From: Candidatus Latescibacterota bacterium
GTDB lineage: Bacteria; Latescibacterota; UBA2968; UBA8231
NCBI GenBank assembly: GCA_965217585.1
Contig: OZ244561.1
Coordinates: 1,984,001 to 2,048,000 of the forward strand
Length of the DNA stretch: 64,000 bases
Reading direction: 5' to 3'
The translations under genes were made by a program, and so were the position numbers. Under the pieces are notes generated by a model, which did not search any database, was not told the origin of the DNA, and worked only from the letters and a program-made list of their open reading frames with translations. How positions within the stretch are numbered: the first letter of the stretch is position 1; each line of letters opens with the position of its first letter. This document shows positions 1 to 9,610 of this stretch, one piece after another.

Positions 1-1
1 G

Positions 2-598
2 GAGCAGTATTCTTTTATCGACATCTCGCAGAATAGCTGGCAGCGCGAGCAGACCAATTGGGATCGCGCCCAGTGGGTGTGGCAGTACATCGACGCGCAG
101 CCCCGGCCGATCAATTCGACCAAGATCTACGGTGCCGAGACCCACCGGGATCAAAGCCGAGGCATCGACGCCCGCCACGCCACCGAGTGCTTTTGGCGCA
201 ACCTCATCGGCGGCTTCGCCTCCAGCCGTTTTCACCGGCCAGATTCCGGCATCGGGCTAAGCCCCCAAGCCCAAGCCCACATTCGCAGCGGCCGTCTGCT
301 GTCCGCGGTCTTCGACTTTTTCAACGCCGCGCCGGATTCCGACAGCGCCCTGCTGCGCGACCGCGCCGCCAACGAGGCCTATCTCAGCCGCGTCCCCGGC
401 CGCCAGTACGCGCTCTACTTTACCGATGGCCGCGCTGTGGGTCTTGATCTGACTGGGGCAGAAGGTACCTTCCAAGTCCAATGGCTCGACATTACTGCCA
501 GCACCTGGACCTCCACCGCCGACTTGGACGGTGGCGGCATAGTACAACTAGCCCCTCCCCGAGGCGGCCCCTCGGTCGCCCTGCTGACGCGGCGATAG
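2..598 (+). CDS. 5'-partial hypothetical protein, probably hydrolase-like with a C-terminal small beta-sandwich (collagen-binding-like) domain
   Basis: Frame is open from base 2 (EQYSFIDISQNSWQ...). The C-terminus YALYFTDG..V.LDL..AEGTFQVQWLD...GGIVQLAPP resembles tails of DUF4038/DUF6298-type proteins. Confidence 0.5.
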   Translation, partial: EQYSFIDISQNSWQREQTNWDRAQWVWQYIDAQPRPINSTKIYGAETHRDQSRGIDARHATECFWRNLIGGFASSRFHRPDSGIGLSPQAQAHIRSGRLLSAVFDFFNAAPDSDSALLRDRAANEAYLSRVPGRQYALYFTDGRAVGLDLTGAEGTFQVQWLDITASTWTSTADLDGGGIVQLAPPRGGPSVALLTRR

Positions 599-602
599 CA
601 TT

Positions 603-1541
603 ATGACCACTAGCGACCGCACCTTCTTCGGCCAGACCGATCTTCAGGTCTCGCGCTTGTGCCAAGGCACCGCCTTTCGCCACCTGCCCCGCGCCGACAA
701 CCCCCAATCCCTAGCTGTGCTCCACCACTGCTTGGACCAAGGCGTCAACTTCTTCGACACAGCGCAGGCCTACGGTTGGGGCGGAGCCGAGGAGGTGCTA
801 GGGCGGGCGATCGCTGGTCGGCGCGACGAGGTCGTTATCTGCACCAAGATTCCTGCTTCGCTGGCCCCCACAAGCGACGGCGACCCCGGCGAGCGCGTCC
901 GCTACACCCGCGCCCATCTCACCGACCGTCTCGAAGAAAGTCTCCGTCGCCTCCGCACCCCCTACGTCGATCTCTACCTTTTACACCACCGCGACGCGGA
1001 CACGCCGCCGGAGGCCATCGCCGAGGTCATGGAGGATCTGGTGCAGGCCGGCAAGACCCGCTATTGGGGCGTCTCCAACCACCGCGCCGCCGAAGTCGCA
1101 GCCTTTCTCGACCTAGCCCCCATCGCTGGCGTCGAGGACTACTACAATATCGCCGGCAGCCACTGCGACGAGACGGGACGCTCGCGAGTGGAGATTTATG
1201 AAGAGGAAATGCTGCCCCTGCTACAGCGCACCGGGCTAGGGTGCCTAGCCTTCAGCCCGATGGACACCGGCCTCCTAGCCCGACCCAACGACCCGGCCCT
1301 CGCCGCTTTAGTCGCCGCCATCGACCAAGTCGCCGCCGATTTGGGCACCTCGCGCGCTGCCGTCTGCGTCGCCTGGGTCCTGCATCAGGGCCTTACCTGT
1401 GTGCTCGCTGGTGCCGAAAGCGCCGCGCACGTCGACGCCAATCTCCAAGGCACCTGCCTCCAACTCCCCTCAGACGCCCTCGCCGCCCTCGACCAAGCGC
1501 GCCGCACCTATCGCGCCAGCCAACAGGAGCAACGCACATGA
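603..1541 (+). CDS. Aldo/keto reductase
   Basis: GVNFFDTAQAYG, ICTK, SLRRLRTPYVDLYLLH and WGVSN motifs. Confidence 0.9.
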   Translation: MTTSDRTFFGQTDLQVSRLCQGTAFRHLPRADNPQSLAVLHHCLDQGVNFFDTAQAYGWGGAEEVLGRAIAGRRDEVVICTKIPASLAPTSDGDPGERVRYTRAHLTDRLEESLRRLRTPYVDLYLLHHRDADTPPEAIAEVMEDLVQAGKTRYWGVSNHRAAEVAAFLDLAPIAGVEDYYNIAGSHCDETGRSRVEIYEEEMLPLLQRTGLGCLAFSPMDTGLLARPNDPALAALVAAIDQVAADLGTSRAAVCVAWVLHQGLTCVLAGAESAAHVDANLQGTCLQLPSDALAALDQARRTYRASQQEQRT

Positions 1542-2419
1542 ACATCGTCGATGCCCATATCCACGTCTGGTCCTCCGACTTCGACCGGTATCCGCTAGCC
1601 CCCGGCTTTACGCCCGCCGACCTGTGGCTGCCCTCTTTTACGCCTGCCGACCACTTTGCGTATAGCCGCAAGGTCGGCAAAGTCCGCATCAACCTAGTGC
1701 AGATGACTTGGTACGGCCTCGACCACCGCTACATCCTCGATCTGATCGCCTCTGATCCTGAGACTTATACTGGCACCGGCATCGTCCCCGGGGTCTCCGA
1801 CGTGTCGCTGGCCGACCCGGGCAAGACCATGCTCGCCTTGGCCGAGGGGGGCATTCGCGCCTTCCGCGTGCGCGGCGGCAGCACGGGGCGTCCGACTGCC
1901 TTTGGTCGCCTAGACCGCTGGCTCGACTACCCCGGCTATGAATCGATGTTCCGCACCGGGGCCGAGCACAATCTGGCCCTTAGCTTCCTCATGGGACTCA
2001 CAGACCTGCCCGGCCTGATCCGCCTCTGCCGCCGTTTTCCCGCAACCCCCGTGATCCTCGACCATATCTGCGGAGTGCGCATCCGCGACGGCGTCTGGCC
2101 CGAAGGCGATATCCGCACCCTCTGCAACATGGCCCGCTACCCGCGCGTCATGGTCAAGCTCGGTCCGTTCCAAGCCCTCGGCGACGGCGAAGCCCCTTAC
2201 CTCGACCTCCTGCCCCTCATCGAGCGCGTCGTCGATGCCTTTGGACCCGAGCGCGTCATGTGGGAAAGCGACAGCGGCGGTCCCGTGGTCATGCAAGATC
2301 CCCATAATGACTTCGCCGCGGCGATTGCCCTAATCCGCGACCACGCCGATTTCCTCAGCCTGAGCGACAAGGAGCAGATCCTAGTCAAAACAGCCGAGAA
2401 TTTCTTCTTCAATCGCTAG
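1538..2419 (+). CDS. Amidohydrolase family (Amidohydro_2, L-fucono-lactonase-like)
   Basis: ATG 1538 overlaps the upstream stop (ATGA). Motifs IVDAHIHVW, ILDH and FGPERVMWESD. Confidence 0.85.
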   Translation: MNIVDAHIHVWSSDFDRYPLAPGFTPADLWLPSFTPADHFAYSRKVGKVRINLVQMTWYGLDHRYILDLIASDPETYTGTGIVPGVSDVSLADPGKTMLALAEGGIRAFRVRGGSTGRPTAFGRLDRWLDYPGYESMFRTGAEHNLALSFLMGLTDLPGLIRLCRRFPATPVILDHICGVRIRDGVWPEGDIRTLCNMARYPRVMVKLGPFQALGDGEAPYLDLLPLIERVVDAFGPERVMWESDSGGPVVMQDPHNDFAAAIALIRDHADFLSLSDKEQILVKTAENFFFNR

Positions 2420-2431
2420 GAATAAACACTC

Positions 2432-3280
2432 GTGTCTGAATCGCCAAAACATAGGACCGCCATGGAACTCACCGACGCCCATCTCGACGAATTAGAACAA
2501 CGAGGTTTTATCATCCTGCCCGGCTTCCGCCACGGCGAGGAGCTAAAAGCAATGCAGCAAGCCCAGCGCCGCATCCTGCCATCGTGGGATGAAGTAAAGG
2601 ACGACCCGCCCCCCGGCCGCGCCACCCTCACCGAATTCCCGCCCCCTGAAATGGCGCTGCTGCGCGGCATCGTCCACCATCAAGCCTGGGCCTTTGCCAG
2701 GAAGTGGTTTGACAGCGAGCATATCCACTTCCGCGCCGGTTGCATGATCGCCCGCTATCCAGGTTTCAAAGGCGGCGGTACCGGCTCGGACGCCTCCGCG
2801 CTGCATCTCGACAATGGCAACAACTCACTGCTGCCGCCCTCCGACTCAGCCCGCGCCTTCGGCCAGCTCGTTTTCTGGCACCACCTCGAAGCAGTTGGTG
2901 AAGACCAGGCACCGCTGCGATTGATCCCCAAAGAACATGGCCACGATATGAGCAAAGCCGAGCCGCTCGTCTGCGAAGCCGGCACCCTCTGCGTCTTCAC
3001 CAATTACACCATGCACTCCGCCAGCGACTATCTGCGCGCCGACGGCCAGCGCTACACCTCGGGTTTCGGCCTCGGCCGCGCCGACCACTACTGGGAGGGT
3101 TTCCGCCATTACACCGACAAGGGCAAAAACCCGATCTTCAGCGAATTCATCGGCACCCTCACCGCCGCCGAAAGGGAAGTCTTCCGCTTCCCGCCCGCCG
3201 GCCACGCTTATTACACACCGCAAACCCTCGCCGCCCTCGAAGAACAGTACCCCGGCTGGAACGCCCGCAATGAGTACTAA
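2432..3280 (+). CDS. Phytanoyl-CoA dioxygenase (PhyH) family 2OG-Fe(II) oxygenase
   Basis: LEQRGFIIL N-terminus, HLD motif, distal His (MHSAS) and a following Arg. Confidence 0.8.
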   Translation: MSESPKHRTAMELTDAHLDELEQRGFIILPGFRHGEELKAMQQAQRRILPSWDEVKDDPPPGRATLTEFPPPEMALLRGIVHHQAWAFARKWFDSEHIHFRAGCMIARYPGFKGGGTGSDASALHLDNGNNSLLPPSDSARAFGQLVFWHHLEAVGEDQAPLRLIPKEHGHDMSKAEPLVCEAGTLCVFTNYTMHSASDYLRADGQRYTSGFGLGRADHYWEGFRHYTDKGKNPIFSEFIGTLTAAEREVFRFPPAGHAYYTPQTLAALEEQYPGWNARNEY

Positions 3281-3383
3281 CTCGGTGGAGGGTCTGCCTG
3301 CGGGCATACCTTGATGCACCTCCCCCCATTCCGTACACTCCCCCCAACTAACCCACCCCACCGTCCCCAAAGGAGTCCCAATC

Positions 3384-4190
3384 GTGAAAATCGGCCTCTA
3401 CGCTTCCATGTTCGGCAAAGACGACCCGCCCACCCTGCAAAGCATTGAAAGTTACATCGACCACGCCTACGACCTCCGTCTCGACTTGATCGACTTCCGC
3501 CGCGACCGCGGCTTTAGCTCCGAAGACACCGACTACCTCATCAAGACCAAACTCGCCTGCATCGAAAAGGGGCTTGCCATCGGCTACTTGGCTTCCGGTG
3601 GGCACTTTGTCGGCAGCGATGAGGAGTTGCGCGACAAGGTCGCCACCGCCAAGGCCGACATGGACATCGCGCTGATTTTGGGCGCGCCTATGATCCGCCT
3701 GTTCTGCGGCCAGCCCCTCACCGACCCGGAGGAGCGCGCACGCGAAATCCGCTGTTTTCAGGAGGTCGCCGACTACGGCCTCGAAATAGGCATCGCCATG
3801 GGCCTGCAAAATCACCCCTCCACCGGCGACGACGTCATACGCATCATCGAGGAAACCGACCGGCCCAACTTTAGCTTCCTGCTCGACACCGGCCAGTGGT
3901 GCGGTTCGCCGGCCCGCAACCGAGGCATTCCCGACCCGGACCACGACATCTACGCCTACATGCAGCAAACCGCCCATCTAGCCACCCACGTCCGCGCCAA
4001 GTTCTACAAAATCGACAGCGGCAAAGAAGAGTGGATCGACTACGAGCGCATCGTCCCCATCCTCGCCGAGGCCGGATACAACGGGCCGCTCTCCGTCGTC
4101 TTTGAGGGCCAGGATATCAACGATTGCGACGACAAAGAGGTCATGCGTTTGGCCGCCGAACACCTGCGGGATTTGGTCTCCCGGCTCTAA
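3384..4190 (+). CDS. Sugar phosphate isomerase/epimerase (xylose isomerase-like TIM barrel)
   Basis: LGAPMIRLF, LQNH, LLDTGQW, HVRAK and GYNGPLSVVFEG motifs. AAGGAG RBS upstream. Confidence 0.85.
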   Translation: MKIGLYASMFGKDDPPTLQSIESYIDHAYDLRLDLIDFRRDRGFSSEDTDYLIKTKLACIEKGLAIGYLASGGHFVGSDEELRDKVATAKADMDIALILGAPMIRLFCGQPLTDPEERAREIRCFQEVADYGLEIGIAMGLQNHPSTGDDVIRIIEETDRPNFSFLLDTGQWCGSPARNRGIPDPDHDIYAYMQQTAHLATHVRAKFYKIDSGKEEWIDYERIVPILAEAGYNGPLSVVFEGQDINDCDDKEVMRLAAEHLRDLVSRL

Positions 4191-4221
4191 CGCCAACCCC
4201 TTTCCGAATAGAGACTACGCC

Positions 4222-5436
4222 ATGCGCCTCAACCGGGATCAATTCTTAGAAGAAGGCTATGTAATCCTGCGCCACTGCATCCCGCCAGAGATGCTGGATG
4301 CAGTGCGTACGGCCTGCGAAAAAATGGTCGATCGTCAGCGGGCAATCTGGGCCCGTGAGCGAGCACCAGACGCCCCGGTCGGCGGCGTCTGGGAAACGGC
4401 CGCCCAACCTCGGCTGCACCTACAAACCATGAAGGACCAAATCGATGCGGAAACCGCTCTGTCGGTGGAAATCTGGCTCCACGAAAACTTGCAGGGAGTT
4501 AGCAGCGAGTTGCTGGGGTTAGAGGACGCGGCGGTCACCGAGATGATGATGATGTGCAGCCCGGTGCGCGACCACGGCCCGGCCAAGTGGCACCGCGACT
4601 TCTATCCGCCTTATTGTGCTCCGCTCCAGAGCTACGCCGACGACATCCTCGAAAACGGCCCGCGCTATGTGCAGTGGAATATCCCGCTCTACGACGACAA
4701 CGTGCTGTGGGTCGTGCCCAAAAGCCACATCCGCCGCAATACCGAAGAAGAAAATAGCCAGCTCACCAAAGATAACCGCGCCCCACTCGCCAGCGGAGTG
4801 CAAACCCACCTCAATGCCGGCGACGGCGTGGCCTACATCCTGCCAATCCTACACTGGGGCAGCAACTACAGCACCAAGCTGCGCCGCACCATCCACGGCG
4901 GCTTTTCCGACTTCAGCCACTACCCGGACCTTAGCTACCTCAAACACCTCTCGGCGACAGCTCAAAACACCTTCACCCGCTGGGACCAACACAGCCAAAA
5001 GAAATTGGGCCAAACCGAGGCCACGCTCCGTGCGGCCTTGCAAAAGGACGGCGCAGCCTACCGCGCCGCGCTCAACGCCCTGCATCCAGGCCGCGGCCCC
5101 AAGGGCCGGTTGCACTCGACGCTGTTTTTGAGCAAGGCCGCACGCCGCATCCACCACCTCAAACGCCCCGATTTTGCCGCACTCCCTGACCAAGACCAAC
5201 GCTACGCCACCAGCATGCACCCGATGACCTTGCAGTGGGGGCAATCTATCGCCGACCGCTTTTCAGCAGCGGAAGCCGCCGCGCTGTGGGCACGCTTCGA
5301 GCCTTTGGACGACGCGCTACAAGCCCCAGAACTGCGAAAGGCCCCCGGTTTCCAAGGTGAGGATACCCATTACTACTTCAACGAAGTACCCGCCGACCTC
5401 AGCGTCGAACGCTTTATCGCCGGTTGGGGTGCTTAA
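4222..5436 (+). CDS. PhyH family dioxygenase with a C-terminal helical extension
   Basis: QFLEEGYVILR, WHRD, LWVVPKSH and LHWGSNY..RRT motifs. Start placed at ATG 4222. Confidence 0.8.
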   Translation: MRLNRDQFLEEGYVILRHCIPPEMLDAVRTACEKMVDRQRAIWARERAPDAPVGGVWETAAQPRLHLQTMKDQIDAETALSVEIWLHENLQGVSSELLGLEDAAVTEMMMMCSPVRDHGPAKWHRDFYPPYCAPLQSYADDILENGPRYVQWNIPLYDDNVLWVVPKSHIRRNTEEENSQLTKDNRAPLASGVQTHLNAGDGVAYILPILHWGSNYSTKLRRTIHGGFSDFSHYPDLSYLKHLSATAQNTFTRWDQHSQKKLGQTEATLRAALQKDGAAYRAALNALHPGRGPKGRLHSTLFLSKAARRIHHLKRPDFAALPDQDQRYATSMHPMTLQWGQSIADRFSAAEAAALWARFEPLDDALQAPELRKAPGFQGEDTHYYFNEVPADLSVERFIAGWGA

Positions 5437-5441
5437 GTTCA
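5362..5441 (+). repeat. 80-bp direct repeat, copy 1 (3' end of PhyH gene)
   Basis: 76/80 identical to 5913-5992 by manual alignment. Confidence 0.95.
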
Positions 5442-5459
5442 GTTTGGGTGTCTCGCCGA

Positions 5460-5855
5460 CTAGCGACCACCCCTCCCCCTACCACCCCCACTGCGCCCGC
5501 CACCTTGGTTGCGCAATGACTCAAAAAGGCTCATCTGTTCCTGGGTCATGATATTCTGCACGGAAGTATCGAGCATCGCTTGGATCTTGCCCATCGCCTC
5601 GCCCATCGCCGCGCGATCGCCTGCGCTCATTCCTTTCATCAGTTCACTGCGCTGATCCCAGGCGTCTTGGTAGGCCAGTTGCAAGGCCCGCAAATTATCC
5701 CCCCTGACCTTGACCGCAAAACAGATCAACGCCCAGTCCCTTTCGATCGTCAGCGAGGAACCGCCGCCACCGCTACCGCGCCTGCCGGGTTGGGCTTGGG
5801 TATAGGCGGCAAAGGATAATGCGACCAACACTAAAACTATCGCGATCTTTTTCAC
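5460..5855 (-). CDS. Small exported helical protein with Gly/Arg-rich termini (Spy/CpxP-like appearance)
   Basis: GTG 5855 with AAGGAGG RBS, signal peptide KKIAIVLVLVALSFAAYTQA, IMTQEQ motif near the C-terminus. Confidence 0.6.
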   Translation of the reverse strand: MKKIAIVLVLVALSFAAYTQAQPGRRGSGGGGSSLTIERDWALICFAVKVRGDNLRALQLAYQDAWDQRSELMKGMSAGDRAAMGEAMGKIQAMLDTSVQNIMTQEQMSLFESLRNQGGGRSGGGRGRGGR

Positions 5856-5912
5856 GATATCCTCCTTGGAATAGATTGACAAAAAAGACTATAACCAATC
5901 GACCTCAAAAAA

Positions 5913-5992
5913 GATACCTATTACTACTTCAACGAAGTGCCGGCCGACCTCAGCGTCGAACGCTTTATCTCCGGTTGGGGTGCTTAAGTTCA
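5913..5992 (+). repeat. 80-bp direct repeat, copy 2 (orphan PhyH 3' end)
   Basis: Encodes DTYYYFNEVPADLSVERFISGWGA* with no upstream gene body. Confidence 0.95.
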
Positions 5993-6628
5993 AAAAGCGT
6001 AGCTCAGCGAGAGGCTTGGCGTCCCCGTCCGCGCTCCCGCTTGCAGCTTGAGCCGCTTGCCGTACTTAAACCGCACCCGATCGCGCTTGGTCTCAATCAC
6101 TTGGATACCGTGCAAGAAGTCGTAGATCATACTGCCGGCGATGGTAACCACTCCCAACGCAACCAGCGGTCCGCCCACCCCGCCATCGCGCTGGAGTTCG
6201 CGCAGGCGGTACTTGGGCGTCTCGCCTTCTAGCGAAACGGGAATCTTCTCGTAGCGGCGCTCTTTGTCTTTCCCAGCATTGATTGCCAAGACGTCAAAAT
6301 CCGTCTCCGCGAATTCGCCCTCTTCCCAGAGTGCCGCCCCAGCGATAATCGAAGCGACGCCCGCAAGACCCGTGGCCAAAAGCCACTTCCCCGTCGTAGG
6401 TTCCCCTGCGTAAAAGTGCATCATGCCCGGCACCGGAATCGCGCTCCGCATCAATCCTGTGGAGATGCGGCGGTTCATATCCTGGTACTCCTCGTAGGTC
6501 ATGTCCTGCGGTATGGGTAGTAGCGGTGTCTCATTCAGCACATCGCCCGTTCCCTGGGCCACAGCCGACGACGGCAAGACGAGTGCCAATGCAAGCCCCA
6601 CTATCCATCCTAGCGTGGATTTTCTCAT
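5990..6628 (-). CDS. Exported/membrane hypothetical protein
   Basis: AGGAGG RBS, signal peptide, two hydrophobic segments, C-terminus LSLSYAF. Confidence 0.65.
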   Translation of the reverse strand: MRKSTLGWIVGLALALVLPSSAVAQGTGDVLNETPLLPIPQDMTYEEYQDMNRRISTGLMRSAIPVPGMMHFYAGEPTTGKWLLATGLAGVASIIAGAALWEEGEFAETDFDVLAINAGKDKERRYEKIPVSLEGETPKYRLRELQRDGGVGGPLVALGVVTIAGSMIYDFLHGIQVIETKRDRVRFKYGKRLKLQAGARTGTPSLSLSYAF

Positions 6629-6819
6629 GGTTTAATCCTCCTATTGTTAGGTTGGCGATTTAAGCGCGAAAAAGGACGACCAAGTCGTCCAGCCAATGAT
6701 CAGTTGTGACTTATAACACCTGAGCACGGCAAGGATGTCACCGCTATCGTCTACCTCAATCAACTCTACGAGCTCGATCTATTGCGGCAGCACTATCGGC
6801 GAGCCCACTAGGAACCGTC

Positions 6820-6858
6820 CCGCTCCTTGCCCTAGGGCCGGGAGCGGCCTACTTTTCT
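6820..6858 (+). terminator. Possible intrinsic terminator
   Basis: CCGCTCC...GGAGCGG stem with inner GCCC/GGGC pairing, followed by CCTACTTTTCT. Confidence 0.35.
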
Positions 6859-7046
6859 TGGGTATCCGGCCAGACTCCTCCGCTGCGAAGCCGAGCGGGA
6901 ATTGAACTTTTTTTGACGCATTCGGTCCGATATTTTCTCTGTTGGGACCGACCCCGTTCCACTGCAAATCCGTCAAGTAATATCGCCTTCTTATCTTCCT
7001 AGGCAGGGTGCGTGGCCGCAAGCCATCTTTCACGCGGAGAAATCTC

Positions 7047-7742
7047 ATGAAGATAGCACGTCTGCTAGGGGTGAGTTGGACCTCGCTCGTCCTGCTCGCC
7101 TGTAACGGCCAGGAAGTCAAGACCGGCACCCCGGCCAAAGTGGAGACCGAAGAAGAAAAGGTCCTCTACGCCTTGGGCCTGGTCATAGCGCAAAACACCC
7201 TGGAGCCGTTCAGGGGTCAATTCAGCGACGCGGAAATGGCGGTGGTCATGCAGGGCTTTGCCGACGCCCTCAAGGGCGGCGAGACCATCGTCCCCCTGCA
7301 GGAATTCGGCCCCAAGATCAACCCCATGTTGCAGGAGCGCATGAAAGGAGTTCAAGCCCAAGCCGCGGCAGAGGGCACGGCCTTCAGGGAAAAGGCCGCC
7401 CGAGAAGAAGGTGCCGTGCAGACGGCTTCCGGCCTCATCTTCAAAGAGCTGAGGGCCGGCACCGGAGTCTCGCCCAGAGCCACCGACCGGGTCAAAGTGC
7501 ACTACCACGGCTCGCTGATTGACGGCACTGTCTTCGACAGTTCGGTGGATCGCGGCGAGCCCATCACCTTTGCCCTCGACCAGGTGGTCAAAGGCTGGAC
7601 TGAGGGACTGCAAATGATGAAAGTGGGCGGCAAGGCCAAGCTGACCATCCCGCCCGAGCTGGCCTACGGCCCGGGGGGCCGCGAAGGGATTCCGCCCAAC
7701 GCCACCCTGATTTTTGAAGTCGAACTGCTGGGCATTGAGTGA
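7047..7742 (+). CDS. FKBP-type peptidyl-prolyl isomerase (FkpA/Mip-like lipoprotein)
   Basis: LLAC lipobox, [44 protein letters not shown] and [14 protein letters not shown] motifs. Confidence 0.95.
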   Translation: MKIARLLGVSWTSLVLLACNGQEVKTGTPAKVETEEEKVLYALGLVIAQNTLEPFRGQFSDAEMAVVMQGFADALKGGETIVPLQEFGPKINPMLQERMKGVQAQAAAEGTAFREKAAREEGAVQTASGLIFKELRAGTGVSPRATDRVKVHYHGSLIDGTVFDSSVDRGEPITFALDQVVKGWTEGLQMMKVGGKAKLTIPPELAYGPGGREGIPPNATLIFEVELLGIE

Positions 7743-7791
7743 GGTAGGTCCGAAGGTGCCTGTGCGTGACGGAGCGGGTGCCCTGCCTTGT

Positions 7792-8808
7792 TCATGTCTC
7801 CCACTCCGCATAAATATCCGCAATCACCTCGTCGATCGGTGCCCGGTGGGTCTCCGCGTCGAGCACCGAGGCCTGCGCCGAGGCTTCGGCGAGCAGGACT
7901 GGCAATTTAACCTGTTCCGCGTCAAAGACGTACTCGTGCCAGCCGGCCTCCGTTTGCAGGAGTTCGGCGCGGCTCAGGTTAGGTACCTCCTCCCCACTCG
8001 TCTGCAAGCGCAACCGCCGTCTGTCCCCGAAGTGATTGCGCAGCTCGTCAAAGGGTCCGTCAAAGGCGATTCGTCCGCGGTCTATCATCACAATCCGACC
8101 GGCCAACTGTTCTAACTCGTCCATGTCGTGGCTGGTGATCATCACCGTTACCCCCTTCTCGCGGTTCAGATCCTTGATAAAGTCGAGGATATTGCGCCTG
8201 GCCAGCACATCGACGCCGATCGTCGGCTCGTCCAAGAACAGAATCTCCGGCTCGTGCATGAGCATCAGCCCAAGGTCTGCCCGCATCTTCTGTCCTAGGC
8301 TCAACTGCCGCGCCAGACTATCCATGAACTCGTCGAGGCCCAGCAGTTCGCGCACAAAGTCGAGCATCCGCTCGTAGCGCTGCTGCGGAATATCCCACAC
8401 GACCCGTTTCCATTCGAAACTCGCCGACACTGGCTGGTCCCACCACAGTTCGGTGCGCTGGCCAAAGACCACACCAATGCGGTTGACATAGGCCACCCGG
8501 TCCCGCATCGGGTCCATCCCTAGAGCCCGCACGCTCCCCGACGTCGGTGCTAGCACGCTTGACAGCAGCTTGACCGTCGTCGACTTGCCCGCGCCATTGG
8601 GGCCAGCGTAGGCGACGATCTCGCCCCGGCGCACAACAAGGTCCACATCCTGCAGAGCGCGAATCTCGCGCACCCGGGGCCGAAAGAGATTTTTGAAGAC
8701 ATCGCGCACATGGGCCGAGCGCTGGCGCTGGTAGAAGGTCTTGTTGACCCCCTGCAACTCAACTGCGATGTCCCCAGCGCAGGTAGCGCTGCGATCCAGT
8801 GTGTCCAT
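7792..8808 (-). CDS. ABC-2 type exporter ATP-binding protein
   Basis: Walker A GPNGAGKST, signature LSLGQ, Walker B LFLDEPT, TSHDM. Confidence 0.95.
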   Translation of the reverse strand: MDTLDRSATCAGDIAVELQGVNKTFYQRQRSAHVRDVFKNLFRPRVREIRALQDVDLVVRRGEIVAYAGPNGAGKSTTVKLLSSVLAPTSGSVRALGMDPMRDRVAYVNRIGVVFGQRTELWWDQPVSASFEWKRVVWDIPQQRYERMLDFVRELLGLDEFMDSLARQLSLGQKMRADLGLMLMHEPEILFLDEPTIGVDVLARRNILDFIKDLNREKGVTVMITSHDMDELEQLAGRIVMIDRGRIAFDGPFDELRNHFGDRRRLRLQTSGEEVPNLSRAELLQTEAGWHEYVFDAEQVKLPVLLAEASAQASVLDAETHRAPIDEVIADIYAEWET

Positions 8809-9610
8809 AGTGATTCATTCCTTTCTTGATAGCTATCAGCGCCACAAGGCTCAGGGCGCAGGCGAATAGCGGCGTAGTCCACAGCGATCCAGCACCTTGG
8901 TCAACTCCGAGCAATACCCGACAGGGATACCAAGCGACAAAACCCACCGGCAGCACGCTCAACAGGCCGTTGACCAAGAGCGGATGCAGCCCATCGAGGG
9001 GGAACGACTTCAACTGCCAAGCAAAACCGATCGCGCGGGAGCTTATTTCCTCGGCACCTACCGGCGACCAGAACGCCATCGCGCTCCACAAATAGGAAAA
9101 GGCCAAGACCACCACACAGGAAGACAGCAGGTGGACTCCATAGCACAGCCACCAGCCGAGTTCCAAGGCCATATCCAGCCGCCCCAAAGACCAAGCACTG
9201 ATCCCCAACCCGACGATGAATCCCCAGCAGCCAGAGAAGGGTATAAAGCCTTCCGTGAGCAGGGCCATCCACAAAGGCTGCGGCTGCACCAGGGTGTGGT
9301 CGAGCTGGCCGCGGCCAATGCGGCGGCTGATGGCCAGCACGTTGTAGCGGAAGAACATTTCGAGCAGTCCTTGTACCAAGGCGGCGTAGCCGAGCATGAA
9401 GAGAATCTGGTCCCGACTCCACGCCCCGATCCCAGCGAAGCGCTCGGCCAAGAAGAACACCGCCATCACCCCCGAGAGGCTGAGGACTAAATCAGAGACC
9501 ACGTTGATGAGGAAAAACTTGAAATCCCGGGTCATCCACATGAAGTCGAGATACGCCTGCACTCGCCAGCGCCTGATAACCTGGACTACGGGGTTGCGGT
9601 TAGCCGCCAT
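8759..9610 (-). CDS. ABC-2 family permease (DUF990-like)
   Basis: IGAWSRDQILF, IGRGQLDHTLVQP and VLPVGFVAWYP motifs; multiple TM helices. Confidence 0.85.
   Translation of the reverse strand: MAANRNPVVQVIRRWRVQAYLDFMWMTRDFKFFLINVVSDLVLSLSGVMAVFFLAERFAGIGAWSRDQILFMLGYAALVQGLLEMFFRYNVLAISRRIGRGQLDHTLVQPQPLWMALLTEGFIPFSGCWGFIVGLGISAWSLGRLDMALELGWWLCYGVHLLSSCVVVLAFSYLWSAMAFWSPVGAEEISSRAIGFAWQLKSFPLDGLHPLLVNGLLSVLPVGFVAWYPCRVLLGVDQGAGSLWTTPLFACALSLVALIAIKKGMNHYGHTGSQRYLRWGHRS

Noticed and set aside
1241-1537. Long N-terminal extensions in the ORF track (also 4102, 32088, 38069, 45683, 51385, 61536) suggesting fusions or overlapping genes
   Set aside because: Most overlap neighbouring genes in other frames and are low-complexity Arg/Pro/Ala-rich; family similarity starts at the downstream ATGs I used.
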